DNA from: Promethearchaeota archaeon
Lineage (GTDB): Archaea; Asgardarchaeota; Lokiarchaeia; Sigyniarchaeales; SOKP01
Reading direction: 5' to 3'
DNA length: 64,000 bases
NCBI GenBank assembly: GCA_016839555.1
Contig: JAEOUA010000012.1
Coordinates: 192,001 to 256,000 of the forward strand
The position numbers were made by a program, and so were the translations under genes. The notes under the pieces were generated by a model. That model made no database searches. It was not told where the DNA came from and was given only the letters and a program-made list of their open reading frames with translations. Positions within the stretch are counted from its first letter, which is position 1. The number at the start of each line of letters is the position of its first letter. Below are positions 41,066 to 52,438 of this stretch, piece by piece.

Positions 41066-41800
41066 TTATTTATGTAATGTTGCTGGTTGTCCCATGTATA
41101 AAGAATTTTCTTTTAAAACTTGATTATATTTTGTAAAAGATTGTGCGGAAAGCTCTACTCCCTTACCTATTTTCGTTCCAGGCATCAATGAACACTTGGC
41201 CCCGATTAAAACATTATCCTCAATTATGATCCTTCTAAGAATGAATGTATCTTGTTCGATACCAAAAGGTAAAATAGTAGAACCCATTCCAATTATAACA
41301 TTATCTCCTATATCAACAAATTCAGAAAAAATCCATGCATTATCACAAATTGTATGTTTTCCAATTTTAACGCCGAAAAATCTAAGAGTGAACCTATTCT
41401 TAATCCAAGGTAGTGGATTTGTAGCTATCAGAAATAAAGGCCATTTTTTTATCATATTACGCAAATTCCAATATCTATAATTTTTATCATCAATCTTTCT
41501 TGTAAAAACTCCTTCTACTGGATAATATATTAATTTACAAATTATTAAATTTAATGTAGAAAATAATATTGCTCCTAATTGAAGAATATATAAAAGCACA
41601 CAAATATTAAGTGGTAATAGTAAAAAAAATATCCAATAGAATTTATTATTCCATAAAAAAAAGATATAATTATATTCTAATATGCTAATGGGAATAAAAC
41701 TTAAGAAAATAATTAAAAGGTAAATTGGTAGATATTTACGACGTAAGCGCTCGTCTATAGGAGTAGGCGAATCACCCTTTGAACTAGCTGGAGAGAACAT
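41066..41800 (-). CDS. Membrane-anchored LbH acyltransferase-like protein
   Basis: N-terminal TMs; FGVKIG, IGDNVIIG, VLIGAKCSLMPG. Confidence 0.75.
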   Translation of the reverse strand: MFSPASSKGDSPTPIDERLRRKYLPIYLLIIFLSFIPISILEYNYIFFLWNNKFYWIFFLLLPLNICVLLYILQLGAILFSTLNLIICKLIYYPVEGVFTRKIDDKNYRYWNLRNMIKKWPLFLIATNPLPWIKNRFTLRFFGVKIGKHTICDNAWIFSEFVDIGDNVIIGMGSTILPFGIEQDTFILRRIIIEDNVLIGAKCSLMPGTKIGKGVELSAQSFTKYNQVLKENSLYMGQPATLHK

Positions 41801-41923
41801 AATTGTTAAAAATTAATAGTTTGATGCATAAAATTTAGTGTTTATCGTTTATAAATTTAAGTTCATTAACCTTAATATCCTTAAACTAATTAATTTAGAT
41901 AATTATCTGTATTATTTGGGTTT

Positions 41924-42739
41924 TTAATCTTTTTTAGTGGAATTTTCTTTAGAATTTTTTGTAGGGGATAATGAGAATGTTTTTGTAGCAGGTCTCCCTA
42001 TCCAAATTAAATCTCCCTTTAAAATTTGATTGGGTCTAGTATATGAAGCAGCCCCCAAAACCGCTCCATCTTCTAAAACAGTTCCCGGAGATAAAATAGA
42101 ATGTGGTCCTATGACACAATTCTTCCCTACTGTTATTTTTTTAATCAAAACCTCATCATGATAAATTAAATGTGAAAAAATACATATTTGTAACGAAGTC
42201 ATACTAGAATCGCCTATTTCTATCAATTCCGGGTCAATATATCCTTCATATGCTACTACACTTTTCCCGATTTTTACACCAAATAGACGATAGACAATTA
42301 TGTCAGACCAAGGAAAAGGCATCGCTCTTGCCAACCAAATTGGAAAATAGGCAGTCCAAAATCTCCTATGCACATACTTCCAATCCTTACTTCCTTTTTT
42401 AAATCTTCCTTCCCGAGGAGGATATAATTTATTAAGTATCTTAAAGATTATTACCGATATCAACATAGTTACTATCAGAAATAAAAAAAGATTTCCGTAT
42501 ATATTTAAGGGGAGCAATAACCAAAACCACCATTTAGCATTCGGGCTAAAAGGAAATAATTTTTCGCTTGTTAAGAGATAATATATTCCACTATAATACC
42601 ATAGATTTAAAAGTACGACAATAATGCCCGATATAAAAATTTCCACCAAAATTATTATTGTGAATGGTGTTTTATAGACCCCTGATGTGCTTATAATCTC
42701 AAATTTATGATCTTTAATTTTTATGTTATTTTTTTCCAT
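41924..42739 (-). CDS. Membrane-anchored LbH acyltransferase-like protein (paralog)
   Basis: TMs; FGVKIG, VGKNCVIGPHSILSPG, GRPA. Confidence 0.75.
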   Translation of the reverse strand: MEKNNIKIKDHKFEIISTSGVYKTPFTIIILVEIFISGIIVVLLNLWYYSGIYYLLTSEKLFPFSPNAKWWFWLLLPLNIYGNLFLFLIVTMLISVIIFKILNKLYPPREGRFKKGSKDWKYVHRRFWTAYFPIWLARAMPFPWSDIIVYRLFGVKIGKSVVAYEGYIDPELIEIGDSSMTSLQICIFSHLIYHDEVLIKKITVGKNCVIGPHSILSPGTVLEDGAVLGAASYTRPNQILKGDLIWIGRPATKTFSLSPTKNSKENSTKKD

Positions 42740-42964
42740 CTTTACTGTATCATTTTATAAAACGCTACATTCTTTTTATTTTATGTAAAAAGATACTTTT
42801 TTTATTATCATATAAATCAAATAATATGGAAATCATTCTTATTAATAAAAAGAGACCTTTTTCAATTAACAAAAACATAAAAATAATATATTTATATTAT
42901 ATTTATATTATTTTAATTTTAACAAAATTAAATTTTTTAAATTACAAAAGTTGAAAATTAGACT

Positions 42965-43693
42965 ATGAGTATAGATTGGCAAAAAGCCGAAGAGAATCCC
43001 GATAAAAGTCAAAAAATCGAAGGCAAAAGGTTATTAGATTTACGGTCGAAAATAAATGATCTTGAAAAAGAGCTAGTTGAAACAAAAAATTTTTTGTCCC
43101 AAACTGAGGAGAATTTAACAATAGCCACTAATGAAATACAAAATATGACGCAAAAAGCTAAAGAAAAAGACCAAGAGAATGCACAATTAAATCAAAAAAT
43201 CCAGAATTATTCCAATCAAGTTCAAAATCTTGAAAATAAATTAGATGAGCTTGCCAAGTTATCAGAAGAGACTCATAATACTATTGCTCAAAAAGATGAA
43301 AAAATTGCATCATTAAATAACGAAATTTCACAAACACAACAAACACAACAACAATTAGATAGCCTACAACAACAATTAGAAGAAGCAAAGAATTCAATTA
43401 ATGAAAAAGATGAAATAATTACTTCTCTGAATGTAAATCTAAAAGAAAAAGAAAAACAAATGGATCAAACCATTAGTAGACTGGAAGAGACTGAGCAAGC
43501 ATTGAAAGAATATGCCCCCCTTGAAATGGAAGAAACAATTGAAGTAAATGAGCGTCTATCGTGCCCTCAATGCGGTGCTGTGGGTCAGGATATTAGAACA
43601 ACTGAGGACAAATCGAAAGTGATTAGCTATGTAGGACATGTGCCTATGTATGCTAAGAAACATGTATGTAAAAAGTGTGGAAAGGAATTCTAA
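42965..43693 (+). CDS. Coiled-coil protein with a C-terminal zinc ribbon
   Basis: Long heptad region; CPQCG...CKKCG. Confidence 0.8.
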   Translation: MSIDWQKAEENPDKSQKIEGKRLLDLRSKINDLEKELVETKNFLSQTEENLTIATNEIQNMTQKAKEKDQENAQLNQKIQNYSNQVQNLENKLDELAKLSEETHNTIAQKDEKIASLNNEISQTQQTQQQLDSLQQQLEEAKNSINEKDEIITSLNVNLKEKEKQMDQTISRLEETEQALKEYAPLEMEETIEVNERLSCPQCGAVGQDIRTTEDKSKVISYVGHVPMYAKKHVCKKCGKEF

Positions 43694-43865
43694 CCTGGTT
43701 GATATAACTAATATTTTCTTTATTTTTTTTAACTTTTTTCTGTGTTGGGATGATTTAAAAATTTTTAGTATCAAATCTAATATTAAATAATTATAAAAAA
43801 TCATGGAAATTGATATTTCATAGATTGTTTATAATATTATCATGTAAATATCATTACTGAGAAAT

Positions 43866-45314
43866 ATGGATCTAGACAAACTTTTTAGACCTAAATCAAT
43901 GGCAGTGGTTGGGATTTCACGGAAAAATAACTTATCTCCGGGAAGAATTATTTTATTAAAAAATGAATTCGAAATGAATGTAGATGTATATGGCATTCAT
44001 CCAGAGGGAGGAAATGTTGAGGGAGTTGACTTATACAAAAGTCTGGGAGCCCTGCCTGTAAATCCGGACATCTTAGTCATTGCAGTGGGACCAGATGATA
44101 CAATTGAATATATTAGGGAATGTGTGGAATATGAAATTCCTGCTAGTATCATCATTGGTGGTGGTTTTGCGGAGATTGGAGGAGAAGGAATAAAAAGGCA
44201 AGAGACATTAGAAAAGATCGCTATAGATAATGATATTGCCGTTTTGGGACCAAATTGCATTGGCGTGTATTCTCCTCCCTTAATTGATACCGTTTTTTTA
44301 CCCACTGAGAGAATAACTCGCCCCCCGAAAGGTTCTGTAGCATTAATTAGTCAATCAGGAGGAGTACTTGTGGATCAATTTTTTGTAAAATTTAAGGAGA
44401 GAAATATAGGTGTCTCAACAGCCGTTTCTATTGGTAATAGAGCCGTTGTGGATGAATCTATGTTATTAGAATATTTTAGTAAAGTGGATCCCGAAACGAG
44501 CAATATTGCCTTTTATTTAGAAGGATTTAAAATAGGAAAATCAAGAAAATTTCTTACTTTAGCGAAAGAATCCGATGATATGACAATTTGTTACTTTGGG
44601 GGAATAACTGAGCAAGGAAAGGTTGCAACTCTATCGCATACTGCAAGCTTAGGAGGAAATTATAAGATACTCTCGGGAGCTTTAAAGCAATACTACATTA
44701 TTCAACCTCATTCAGAACGAGAATTGTTAACAATGCTTAAAGTCTATGATGTACTTTCACATAAAAAAAATCCTTTTGGAGCGAATACTATTACCTTTGG
44801 TAAAGTAGCGATCCTATCTGTGTCTGGGGGACATGGAGTTCTCTGTTCAGACATGTTAAGCGATTACGGATTGAGTGCTATAACTTTTACTGAAGAAGAA
44901 AAGGAAGAAATGTATGAAATGATAAACCCAATTGCTAGAGAAATCGCCTCCTTCAATAATCCCATTGATTTGACAGGATCAGTATTGGACAAAGATATTG
45001 AAAACATTATTCAATATCTATCTAATATCGAGAGAATTGAATGTATTCTTTTATTGTTATTACCTTATCCACCAAATATTTCTTTCCAAATTGGAAGAAG
45101 AATTGCTAATGTAGTAACTGCTAAAAAAAAGCCCATCATAACCTTTATTCCATATGTGGAAAAATATCAAATGATTATAGAATCTTTAGAATTAAGTAAA
45201 ATTCCTGTCTTTCACAGCATCAAGGAGGTTGTACAAGCAGCCTCAGCACTTAAGGATAGAACGAGGATTATGAATTTAAAGAAAGATAATATTTTTTGGG
45301 AAGATAAAAGGTAA
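43866..45314 (+). CDS. ADP-forming acyl-CoA synthetase alpha subunit
   Basis: GPNCIG, SQSGG, SHTASLGG, SGGHG, NPIDLTG. Confidence 0.88.
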   Translation: MDLDKLFRPKSMAVVGISRKNNLSPGRIILLKNEFEMNVDVYGIHPEGGNVEGVDLYKSLGALPVNPDILVIAVGPDDTIEYIRECVEYEIPASIIIGGGFAEIGGEGIKRQETLEKIAIDNDIAVLGPNCIGVYSPPLIDTVFLPTERITRPPKGSVALISQSGGVLVDQFFVKFKERNIGVSTAVSIGNRAVVDESMLLEYFSKVDPETSNIAFYLEGFKIGKSRKFLTLAKESDDMTICYFGGITEQGKVATLSHTASLGGNYKILSGALKQYYIIQPHSERELLTMLKVYDVLSHKKNPFGANTITFGKVAILSVSGGHGVLCSDMLSDYGLSAITFTEEEKEEMYEMINPIAREIASFNNPIDLTGSVLDKDIENIIQYLSNIERIECILLLLLPYPPNISFQIGRRIANVVTAKKKPIITFIPYVEKYQMIIESLELSKIPVFHSIKEVVQAASALKDRTRIMNLKKDNIFWEDKR

Positions 45315-45340
45315 AATAAATATTAAGATTATTTAAAAAA

Positions 45341-46159
45341 TTAATTTTCAATATTTACTAATTTATCTATCTGCTTAATCGCTTTATTAATGTAATCTTC
45401 ATCTTCTATTATTAATTCAATAGCATCATTGGGACACACTTCTATGCAACGCCCACACGCTCGACATTGGTCAGTAATATGGGCCTTTTTATTTATAATT
45501 TTAATCGCATCAACAAAACAAATGTCTTTCGTGCAAGTCCCGCACCCAACACAATTATCATTAATAAATACCTTCACTCCGGGTATTTTTTTCACTTTGT
45601 TCGAAAGACTTGAATGCAAAATTGGTGCTATCCGCCATAAACAACAGCAAGGGCAGCAATTACAAATAGATAACAGCTTTGCCCCATCCTTCACACCTAA
45701 CCATTGCTTATCCAAAAGGTTTCTACCAATCATATGGACTAATCCCGCATCTCTACATTTTCGAATATGATCAAGAGCTTCTTGTTTAGTAGCTAGATGT
45801 CCTAAACTAGGATTTATATCTAGAACACCTTTACCCAAGAAGAGGCAACCTAAATCAATGGGATAATCTTTACATTTCATAGAAGCTCGACAAATACAGA
45901 AGTCCATGATCCAATGATAATTTGCTTTCTCAATAAAATATTCTAATACTCTTGTAGGAAGGACATAATTATCAGGTTGGTCTACATTCTGGTTTACTTC
46001 AATTACACTATCTTTTGGTAGGTATATTATATTATCTTCTTTAAACAACAGAATCTCAAAAAGTTTATTCATGAATGGTAAATTACTTAATTTTGCGAGG
46101 ACTTTGATACTTCGAAAAGCTTTTTTTAATAACTTTACAAACCATAATGGTCTAGCCAT
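45341..46159 (-). CDS. 4Fe-4S dicluster protein
   Basis: CICR, CNCCPCCC, CVGCGTC and CRACGRCIEVCP. Confidence 0.85.
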   Translation of the reverse strand: MARPLWFVKLLKKAFRSIKVLAKLSNLPFMNKLFEILLFKEDNIIYLPKDSVIEVNQNVDQPDNYVLPTRVLEYFIEKANYHWIMDFCICRASMKCKDYPIDLGCLFLGKGVLDINPSLGHLATKQEALDHIRKCRDAGLVHMIGRNLLDKQWLGVKDGAKLLSICNCCPCCCLWRIAPILHSSLSNKVKKIPGVKVFINDNCVGCGTCTKDICFVDAIKIINKKAHITDQCRACGRCIEVCPNDAIELIIEDEDYINKAIKQIDKLVNIEN

Positions 46160-46294
46160 TTTAAATCAAAAATTTTCTTTTTAAAATATTTTATTCATAA
46201 TTATTAATATAATATAATAAATAATATAAGTTTCAGATTCTCGAAAAAATTAGCCAATAATGATGGAATTAAGCTTATTAAATAGAAAAAGAAA

Positions 46295-48355
46295 TTATTT
46301 TAAATAATTTATTTTTATAGATAAAGGAAGTTCTCTAGAAGAAGTACCTGCCCAAATTGTGAAAGATCCAGATTCAGATATGAATTTTTTCTCCTTTTCT
46401 GAATAAAATTCAAATGATGAATCATCTAAAGTGATTGATACAGTTTTTTTCTCCCCCGGATTTAAATAAACTTTCTCAAAACCCTGTAATTCCTTTGGTG
46501 GACGTTCCACCGAACACTCATCATCTCCAATATAGATTTGAATTACTTCTGCTCCAGCAATTTTCCCAGTATTTTTCACTTCTACAGAAATGGTAAAATT
46601 TCCTTTTCCTTGAAGATTACTCTTATCTGATTGAATATTAGATAACTCAAATTCAGAATAAGAAAGACCAAAACCAAATGGGAAAAAGGGTTCAATTTTG
46701 TGTTTATCGAAATAACGATAGCCAACAAAGATTCCTTCGTCAAAATAAATTTTCATTTCCTTGAGATCTCCAGGAAATCTCTTTTTAGATTTATGCGCAG
46801 GATGATCTTGAATCTTTTTCGGATAAGTCACTGGTAATTTGCCAGATGGATTCACTTCACCAAAGAGTACCCGAGCGAGAGCGTTTCCCCCCATCATACC
46901 TGGATACCATGCGTTTAGAATAGCGGGAACATTATCATACCAATCCGAACAATCTATTGGACTTCCAGCAATTAATATGATTATAGTTTTCGGATTTTTT
47001 GCTACGGTTTCATTAATTAATTTAATTTGCTTCTGAGGTAATCCATAATGCGTCCGATCACTTCCTTCGGTATCCCCCTCTGTTTTAAATAAAAGGGTTT
47101 TAAAAAAACCGCCTCCATGGTCAAGCCCAATAATTAAGAGAGTGATATCAGCATCTTTTGGATCATCAATAATTTCTGCACTCTTCGAAACATATCTTTT
47201 AATTCCATTATATGGTGTAATAAATCGTGGAGGAATCACAGCAGAACTTCCTCCCTGGAATGGTTTCCCAAATTTTTTTTTCGCATTTGGACCTATAATT
47301 GCAATTTTTTTAATTGCCTTTAAATTTAAAGGAAGAATGTCAGAATCATTTTTTAGCAGTACCATACTCTCCTCGGCAATCTGCTGAGCTATATCTTGAT
47401 GCTCGGGGATATCTGTAACCTTAAGATAAGATTCTTCTTCTTGTTCAAATAATCCTACTCTCATGAAAGTACGAAGTAATGGTTTTAAAATATAATTTAT
47501 GTCTTCTTCAACAATTTCTCCAGCATCTAATGCTTTCTGAACCTTTTTAGGGGTCAAAACTCTACCCAAGAGCATACCAGGCATTTCTAAGCTAAGTCCT
47601 GCTTTTATGCAAGCCGCAGCTCCTGATGTATTTCTCGCTGCCCCCCAATCTGATGTAACATGACCTATAAATCCGATCTGATCCCTTAATATATCCTTAA
47701 GAATATATTTATTCTCCGGACCATAAATGCCATTAAATTTGTTATAACAGACCATCAATCCCCAAGGGTCTGATTTTTTAATGATTCTCATATAATTCTT
47801 AACATAAATCTCTTGGAAAGCACGTTCACTGATCTCTGTACTAATTTTCATTCTTTTTGTCTCGGAATTATTCGTAATATAGTGTTTGATACAGGCTGCA
47901 ATATTTTGAGATTGAATGCCCCTTACTAATTCTGATGCGATATTGGAGGAAAGAATCGGATCTTCACTCAAATATTCAAAATTCCGACCACATAGAGGAG
48001 AGCGAATTATATTAACTCCAGGTCCTAAAATTTGATGCCGGCCCGCTAATTTCGTTTCTTTACCCAGAACTTCTCCCATTTTATATGCTAATTCTTTATT
48101 CCAGGTGGCAGCCAATCCGATTGTAGCGGGGAACCTCGTATGCTTTCCCCAATGGCTGGAATGCCAGGCGACGCCTAAAGGACCATCCGTCATACCAAAA
48201 GAAGGAATTTCTAATCGATCGATTGGATTTGTGGTCCAAAAATCTTTGCCTCGGATTAAAGTGATTTTTTCATCTATATTCAGTCTTTTTATGAGATCAT
48301 TTACTCTTTTTTCTAAATCCAAATTAGGATCTAAATATTTTGCGTTTTTATCCAT
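46295..48355 (-). CDS. Glycoside hydrolase family 3 (beta-glucosidase)
   Basis: TDGPLG, GRNFEYLSEDP, KHY, SDW nucleophile, AWYPG, FPFGFGLSY, Fn3-like tail. Confidence 0.95.
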   Translation of the reverse strand: MDKNAKYLDPNLDLEKRVNDLIKRLNIDEKITLIRGKDFWTTNPIDRLEIPSFGMTDGPLGVAWHSSHWGKHTRFPATIGLAATWNKELAYKMGEVLGKETKLAGRHQILGPGVNIIRSPLCGRNFEYLSEDPILSSNIASELVRGIQSQNIAACIKHYITNNSETKRMKISTEISERAFQEIYVKNYMRIIKKSDPWGLMVCYNKFNGIYGPENKYILKDILRDQIGFIGHVTSDWGAARNTSGAAACIKAGLSLEMPGMLLGRVLTPKKVQKALDAGEIVEEDINYILKPLLRTFMRVGLFEQEEESYLKVTDIPEHQDIAQQIAEESMVLLKNDSDILPLNLKAIKKIAIIGPNAKKKFGKPFQGGSSAVIPPRFITPYNGIKRYVSKSAEIIDDPKDADITLLIIGLDHGGGFFKTLLFKTEGDTEGSDRTHYGLPQKQIKLINETVAKNPKTIIILIAGSPIDCSDWYDNVPAILNAWYPGMMGGNALARVLFGEVNPSGKLPVTYPKKIQDHPAHKSKKRFPGDLKEMKIYFDEGIFVGYRYFDKHKIEPFFPFGFGLSYSEFELSNIQSDKSNLQGKGNFTISVEVKNTGKIAGAEVIQIYIGDDECSVERPPKELQGFEKVYLNPGEKKTVSITLDDSSFEFYSEKEKKFISESGSFTIWAGTSSRELPLSIKINYLK

Positions 48356-48589
48356 AATAATCGTATTGAATCAGAATTTATTTAATTTATATTTTACATA
48401 TTTATTTTATTTATCTTTATGTTTTACTAGAATAAATAGTATTATATCAAATGAAAAACCTCAATTCAAAAGAAGCTATTTTTTTATTAAAATAACAGAG
48501 AACTAGTAAAAAGGACATTTATAAATATAATAAGATTATAAAATGTGCATAATTAATTTTCTTAACATACAAAAACACTATTACTAAAT

Positions 48590-49174
48590 ATGATTAGAAC
48601 TTTTATTGCTTTTAAGCTAAATAATGAAGAAACGCTTTCTGAAATTAGAGAATTTACAAATCGTCTTAATCAAAATCAAAAACGAATAAAAATCATAAAA
48701 CCAGAAAATATTCATTTAACGGTTAAGTTTATTGGTAATATAAAAGAGTCTATGGCTCCTAAAATATATGATATCTTAGAAAGAGAGATTAATAAAAAGA
48801 TACTTCACGGAGATAAACATATTTATCTCTTGAAAGGAGTGGGAAATTTTAGAAATTATGAAATTATTTGGATAGGCATGGAAGGAGATATTGAATTGCT
48901 CCAAAAGATTAAAGATACTGTAGAGGAAAAATTAGATGAGCATCTAAAAATTAAAAAAGATAAACGTCTTAAATTTAAACCCCACATTACTATTGCTCGA
49001 TTAAAAAAAGATAGAAGAGATTATACATCCTTTGATAGCTTTAAAACATTCATAAACGAAAATAGAAATAAGGAATTCGGCGAATTTCTCATTGAAAAAA
49101 TTGTATTAAAAAAATCAGACCTGACTCCAAAAGGTCCCATCTACACAACTTATAATGGAAAGGAATTTGTCTAA
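48590..49174 (+). CDS. thpR: RNA 2',3'-cyclic phosphodiesterase (2H family)
   Basis: RTFIA, HLTVKF, PHITIAR, SDLTPKGPIY. Confidence 0.92.
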   Translation: MIRTFIAFKLNNEETLSEIREFTNRLNQNQKRIKIIKPENIHLTVKFIGNIKESMAPKIYDILEREINKKILHGDKHIYLLKGVGNFRNYEIIWIGMEGDIELLQKIKDTVEEKLDEHLKIKKDKRLKFKPHITIARLKKDRRDYTSFDSFKTFINENRNKEFGEFLIEKIVLKKSDLTPKGPIYTTYNGKEFV

Positions 49175-49227
49175 TTCGATTTATAAATTTTGTATTCTAA
49201 TAGAATTGATTATAATAAATAGGAATA

Positions 49228-50019
49228 ATGAACTCTTATAATAAATTAAGTATCATAATTTATGTCATTATCGCCTACGGAATGACTTGGTGTATAACAA
49301 TCCCGTTAATTTTTTATTATGATATCATAAATTATGAAATAAGAGAATTATGGCATTCTCTAGGTTCTATTGGACCAACTCTGGCGGGATTAATAATAAT
49401 TTATACGAGAAAACGTAAATTGGGACTAGTTCAGTTAAAAGATCGAATCTTAAAAGTTGCTGATAAAAAATTATTTCTTGTTGCTTTTTCACCTTTAATA
49501 ATTCTAGCTCTAATATTGCCTTTCGAAGCAGTTTTTGGATTATTTGATTATTATACATTCTTAAAAACTAATAATCTGGAAGATATAAAATCTTTTATCC
49601 TGTTTTTCTTACCTTCTCTCTGTTATGGATTTTTTGAAGAAATAGGATGGAGAGGATATCTTTTACCGGAATTACAAAACTTTTATACTGCTTTAAAATC
49701 AACAATAATTCTCACCGTAATTTGGTGGTTATGGCACGTTCCCATGTTTTTTTATCGATTCGATTTATACTTTTCCCTTATTTTTATGTTTCCCTTACTG
49801 TTAAGTGGTTCAATCGCTTTTACATTTTTGTTTAATCAATCGGGAGGAAGTTTATTAATGATTATCATATTCCATATTAGCTATGATATCGTTACTTCCA
49901 GTGAGATTTCACTTATAGCAATTCTAGTTGTAAGTGCGTTATTTATCTTTATTGATGTTCGAGCAATTAAAGTATATGGAATAGAAAGTTTATCCCAAAA
50001 AGAAAAAATTCTTATATAA
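49228..50019 (+). CDS. CPBP-family intramembrane metalloprotease
   Basis: EEIGWRGYLLP, WWLWHVP, FH. Confidence 0.9.
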   Translation: MNSYNKLSIIIYVIIAYGMTWCITIPLIFYYDIINYEIRELWHSLGSIGPTLAGLIIIYTRKRKLGLVQLKDRILKVADKKLFLVAFSPLIILALILPFEAVFGLFDYYTFLKTNNLEDIKSFILFFLPSLCYGFFEEIGWRGYLLPELQNFYTALKSTIILTVIWWLWHVPMFFYRFDLYFSLIFMFPLLLSGSIAFTFLFNQSGGSLLMIIIFHISYDIVTSSEISLIAILVVSALFIFIDVRAIKVYGIESLSQKEKILI

Positions 50020-50076
50020 TTCAAACTACATTATAAAAAGAAATTTATATTTATAAAATAATTCTGCATGACTTAA

Positions 50077-50778
50077 TTGATGAAAGAAATACGCATAAAA
50101 GCATTAATATGGGATCTTGATGGGACTCTGATCCATTTTAGAATAGATTATTTAAAAGCTCGAAGAGTAGCGATTAAAATTTTAATTCATCATGGAATAC
50201 CAAAAAAGGAATTAGCGATAACACAGAGTATTTTAGATAATTTGAAAATCTCCATTGAAATCTTCAAGAAAAAAAATTATAGTTTAGAGAAAATAGATCA
50301 AATTAAAAAAGAAATTAATGATGCTGTGAGCGACATTGAATATGAGGCTGCTTTACATGCTAGTAAAATTCAGGGAATTGAAGATGTATTAAAATATGCC
50401 CAAAAAATTAAGCTAAAACAAGCAATTTATACTTATAATACCCATAAAAACGCAGAAGTTTCTTTAAAAACAGTTAAATTGCTTAAATATTTTAATGTTA
50501 TTGTGGGAAGGGATGATGTTGATAATCCAAAACCCCATAAAGACCATCTTTTAATGATTTGTAAAAAGCTTAATGTAGAACCTTTAAATGTAATCGTGAT
50601 CGGAGATACCTATCGAGATATCCAAGGAGCTCTTCACTTGGGTGCAAAATCAATTGCTATAGAAACCCCCACCTCCAAATTTTCTAATATTTCAAATTTT
50701 CACAAAGCAGATCTCATAATAAAACAAGATTCCCAATTTTCCAAAGAATTAATTAAATCAATTATTTCATTTCTTTAA
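50077..50778 (+). CDS. HAD-family hydrolase
   Basis: WDLDGTL, KP, IGDTYRD. Confidence 0.9.
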   Translation: MMKEIRIKALIWDLDGTLIHFRIDYLKARRVAIKILIHHGIPKKELAITQSILDNLKISIEIFKKKNYSLEKIDQIKKEINDAVSDIEYEAALHASKIQGIEDVLKYAQKIKLKQAIYTYNTHKNAEVSLKTVKLLKYFNVIVGRDDVDNPKPHKDHLLMICKKLNVEPLNVIVIGDTYRDIQGALHLGAKSIAIETPTSKFSNISNFHKADLIIKQDSQFSKELIKSIISFL

Positions 50779-50867
50779 AGAAAAATATAAATCTTTTAAA
50801 TAATTGTAATATATATTGATATAATCTAATTATTTTATGAAAATAATAAAACACGGATATAATTTTA

Positions 50868-51134
50868 ATGTTAAAAATTGAATATTGGCTTGACGTGCTG
50901 AAGCCCCACCAACCAAGCTCTGATATTATTGCGCACGCATTAATGGAAATCGATGGTATAAGTGAAGTAAGAGTAAATGTAGATGAGCTTGACCAAAAGA
51001 CAGCTTCATTACACATTAAAGTTGTAGGAACTGATCTTGGTATTGATGTTATTCGGGAAAAATTGGAAGAACTGAATTGTGCTCTACATAGTGTGGATGA
51101 AGTTACAATGTATAAAATCGAAGATAATAAATGA
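50868..51134 (+). CDS. DUF211-family protein
   Basis: LDVLKPHQP ... HSVDEV. Confidence 0.85.
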   Translation: MLKIEYWLDVLKPHQPSSDIIAHALMEIDGISEVRVNVDELDQKTASLHIKVVGTDLGIDVIREKLEELNCALHSVDEVTMYKIEDNK

Positions 51135-51418
51135 GTCAATTTAACTTAATTTTATAAATAATTAATATCTCCTTCTAATAATTTAATTTGAATACTTAAT
51201 TAAATTTGTTTTTTAAGATTATTTTAAAATTTTTCATACAACGAAATTTCTGAATATAAAAATTATTCTTATTAGATGATATTTTAATTAAAAAGTTGTA
51301 AATTAATATACCAAAATAAATAATTAGTATTAACTAGTTTTAACCAAACATTTAAAATTTTAGATTTATACAAAAATATAAGAATTAATCAATTAAATTA
51401 TAGGATTTATAGATAATT

Positions 51419-51772
51419 ATGACGGTTCCAAAAATAAAAAAGGTCTTGGAAGAAAAGGGAGAAATTTCTGATGAGTTAGATTTTGCTCTAATGAATTTTC
51501 TTCTTAAGAATCGGGGTACGGGATACACTGCCTGCCAACCGCAATTAGTAGAATTGGAAAGTGGAAAAGAAGTAATTAAAATGAATATTGATAATACTTT
51601 TATAGATAAAAATAATCATTTGATGGGCCTAGGTATAGTGGGAAAAATATTTATAGATCCAGACTCCTATGAAGTAATTTATGCTACATCTAAAGAAGAG
51701 TTAGAAAAAAATATTCAAAAATTGGAAGACGCCGGTGTTGAGCCTAAGCCAAGACCTAGAGGTAAGTATTAA
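51419..51772 (+). CDS. Hypothetical protein
   Basis: Stand-alone 117-aa ORF in an otherwise AT-rich interval. Confidence 0.75.
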   Translation: MTVPKIKKVLEEKGEISDELDFALMNFLLKNRGTGYTACQPQLVELESGKEVIKMNIDNTFIDKNNHLMGLGIVGKIFIDPDSYEVIYATSKEELEKNIQKLEDAGVEPKPRPRGKY

Positions 51773-51872
51773 TTTATATAACGATAATCCCAGAATATAA
51801 TGAAAATACTTCAAATTAATTCATACTAATAAATTTAAGTATATATTTCAGTTATTAAATAATGAAAATTTA

Positions 51873-52427
51873 ATGAATAAAAAAACTACACATTCTAATA
51901 AAATCGAGGCTATTATTAGGGAATATTTATTAGATGAAGGTATTTTAAGAAAAAAATTACAAAATAACAACATTGAATTTGGCTTTCAATTTGTATTTCC
52001 TCCTATCCATCCTCAAGAGGAATTTAAAAAAAGTCAATTTATGGTAGTTTTTCAACCGAAAAATAAGAATGATTTACTTATTGTTTCAATCGGAACACAA
52101 ATTAGTCCTGCTCATATCGAAGCATTACAAAAGAATAAGGATAAAGAACTGCTATTTTTTAAAGAGTTAAAAAAGTTTTTTCATCTAAAAAACGTATTTT
52201 TTTACTTAGATATTAAAAATCATCGATATGAAGTAAGTGATCAAATCTTTTTAAATGAAAATTACATTTCGAAAAATAATTTTTTTCTGCTTATACGTAG
52301 AATTTTTAATATTCAAGCATATACTAATCTAATACTATTAGATTTTTGTTCTGGAGAATTAAATTCTGAAAATTATGATAATTCAAGTAAATATGACTCG
52401 GGATCGCATTTTTCCCTTTATTCTTAA
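51873..52427 (+). CDS. Hypothetical protein (DUF2299-like)
   Basis: IREYLLDEG N-terminus and alpha/beta pattern. Confidence 0.6.
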   Translation: MNKKTTHSNKIEAIIREYLLDEGILRKKLQNNNIEFGFQFVFPPIHPQEEFKKSQFMVVFQPKNKNDLLIVSIGTQISPAHIEALQKNKDKELLFFKELKKFFHLKNVFFYLDIKNHRYEVSDQIFLNENYISKNNFFLLIRRIFNIQAYTNLILLDFCSGELNSENYDNSSKYDSGSHFSLYS

Positions 52428-52438
52428 TTATTCTAAAA

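Noticed and set aside
43330-43380. CAAACACAA/CAACAA micro-repeats
   Set aside because: They encode Gln/Thr-rich coiled-coil sequence and are not a CRISPR array or mobile repeat.
48590-49174. ThpR as a dedicated ligase for the mRNA intron
   Set aside because: It is a widespread housekeeping 2H enzyme 35 kb away, and archaeal splicing ligation is normally done by RtcB.
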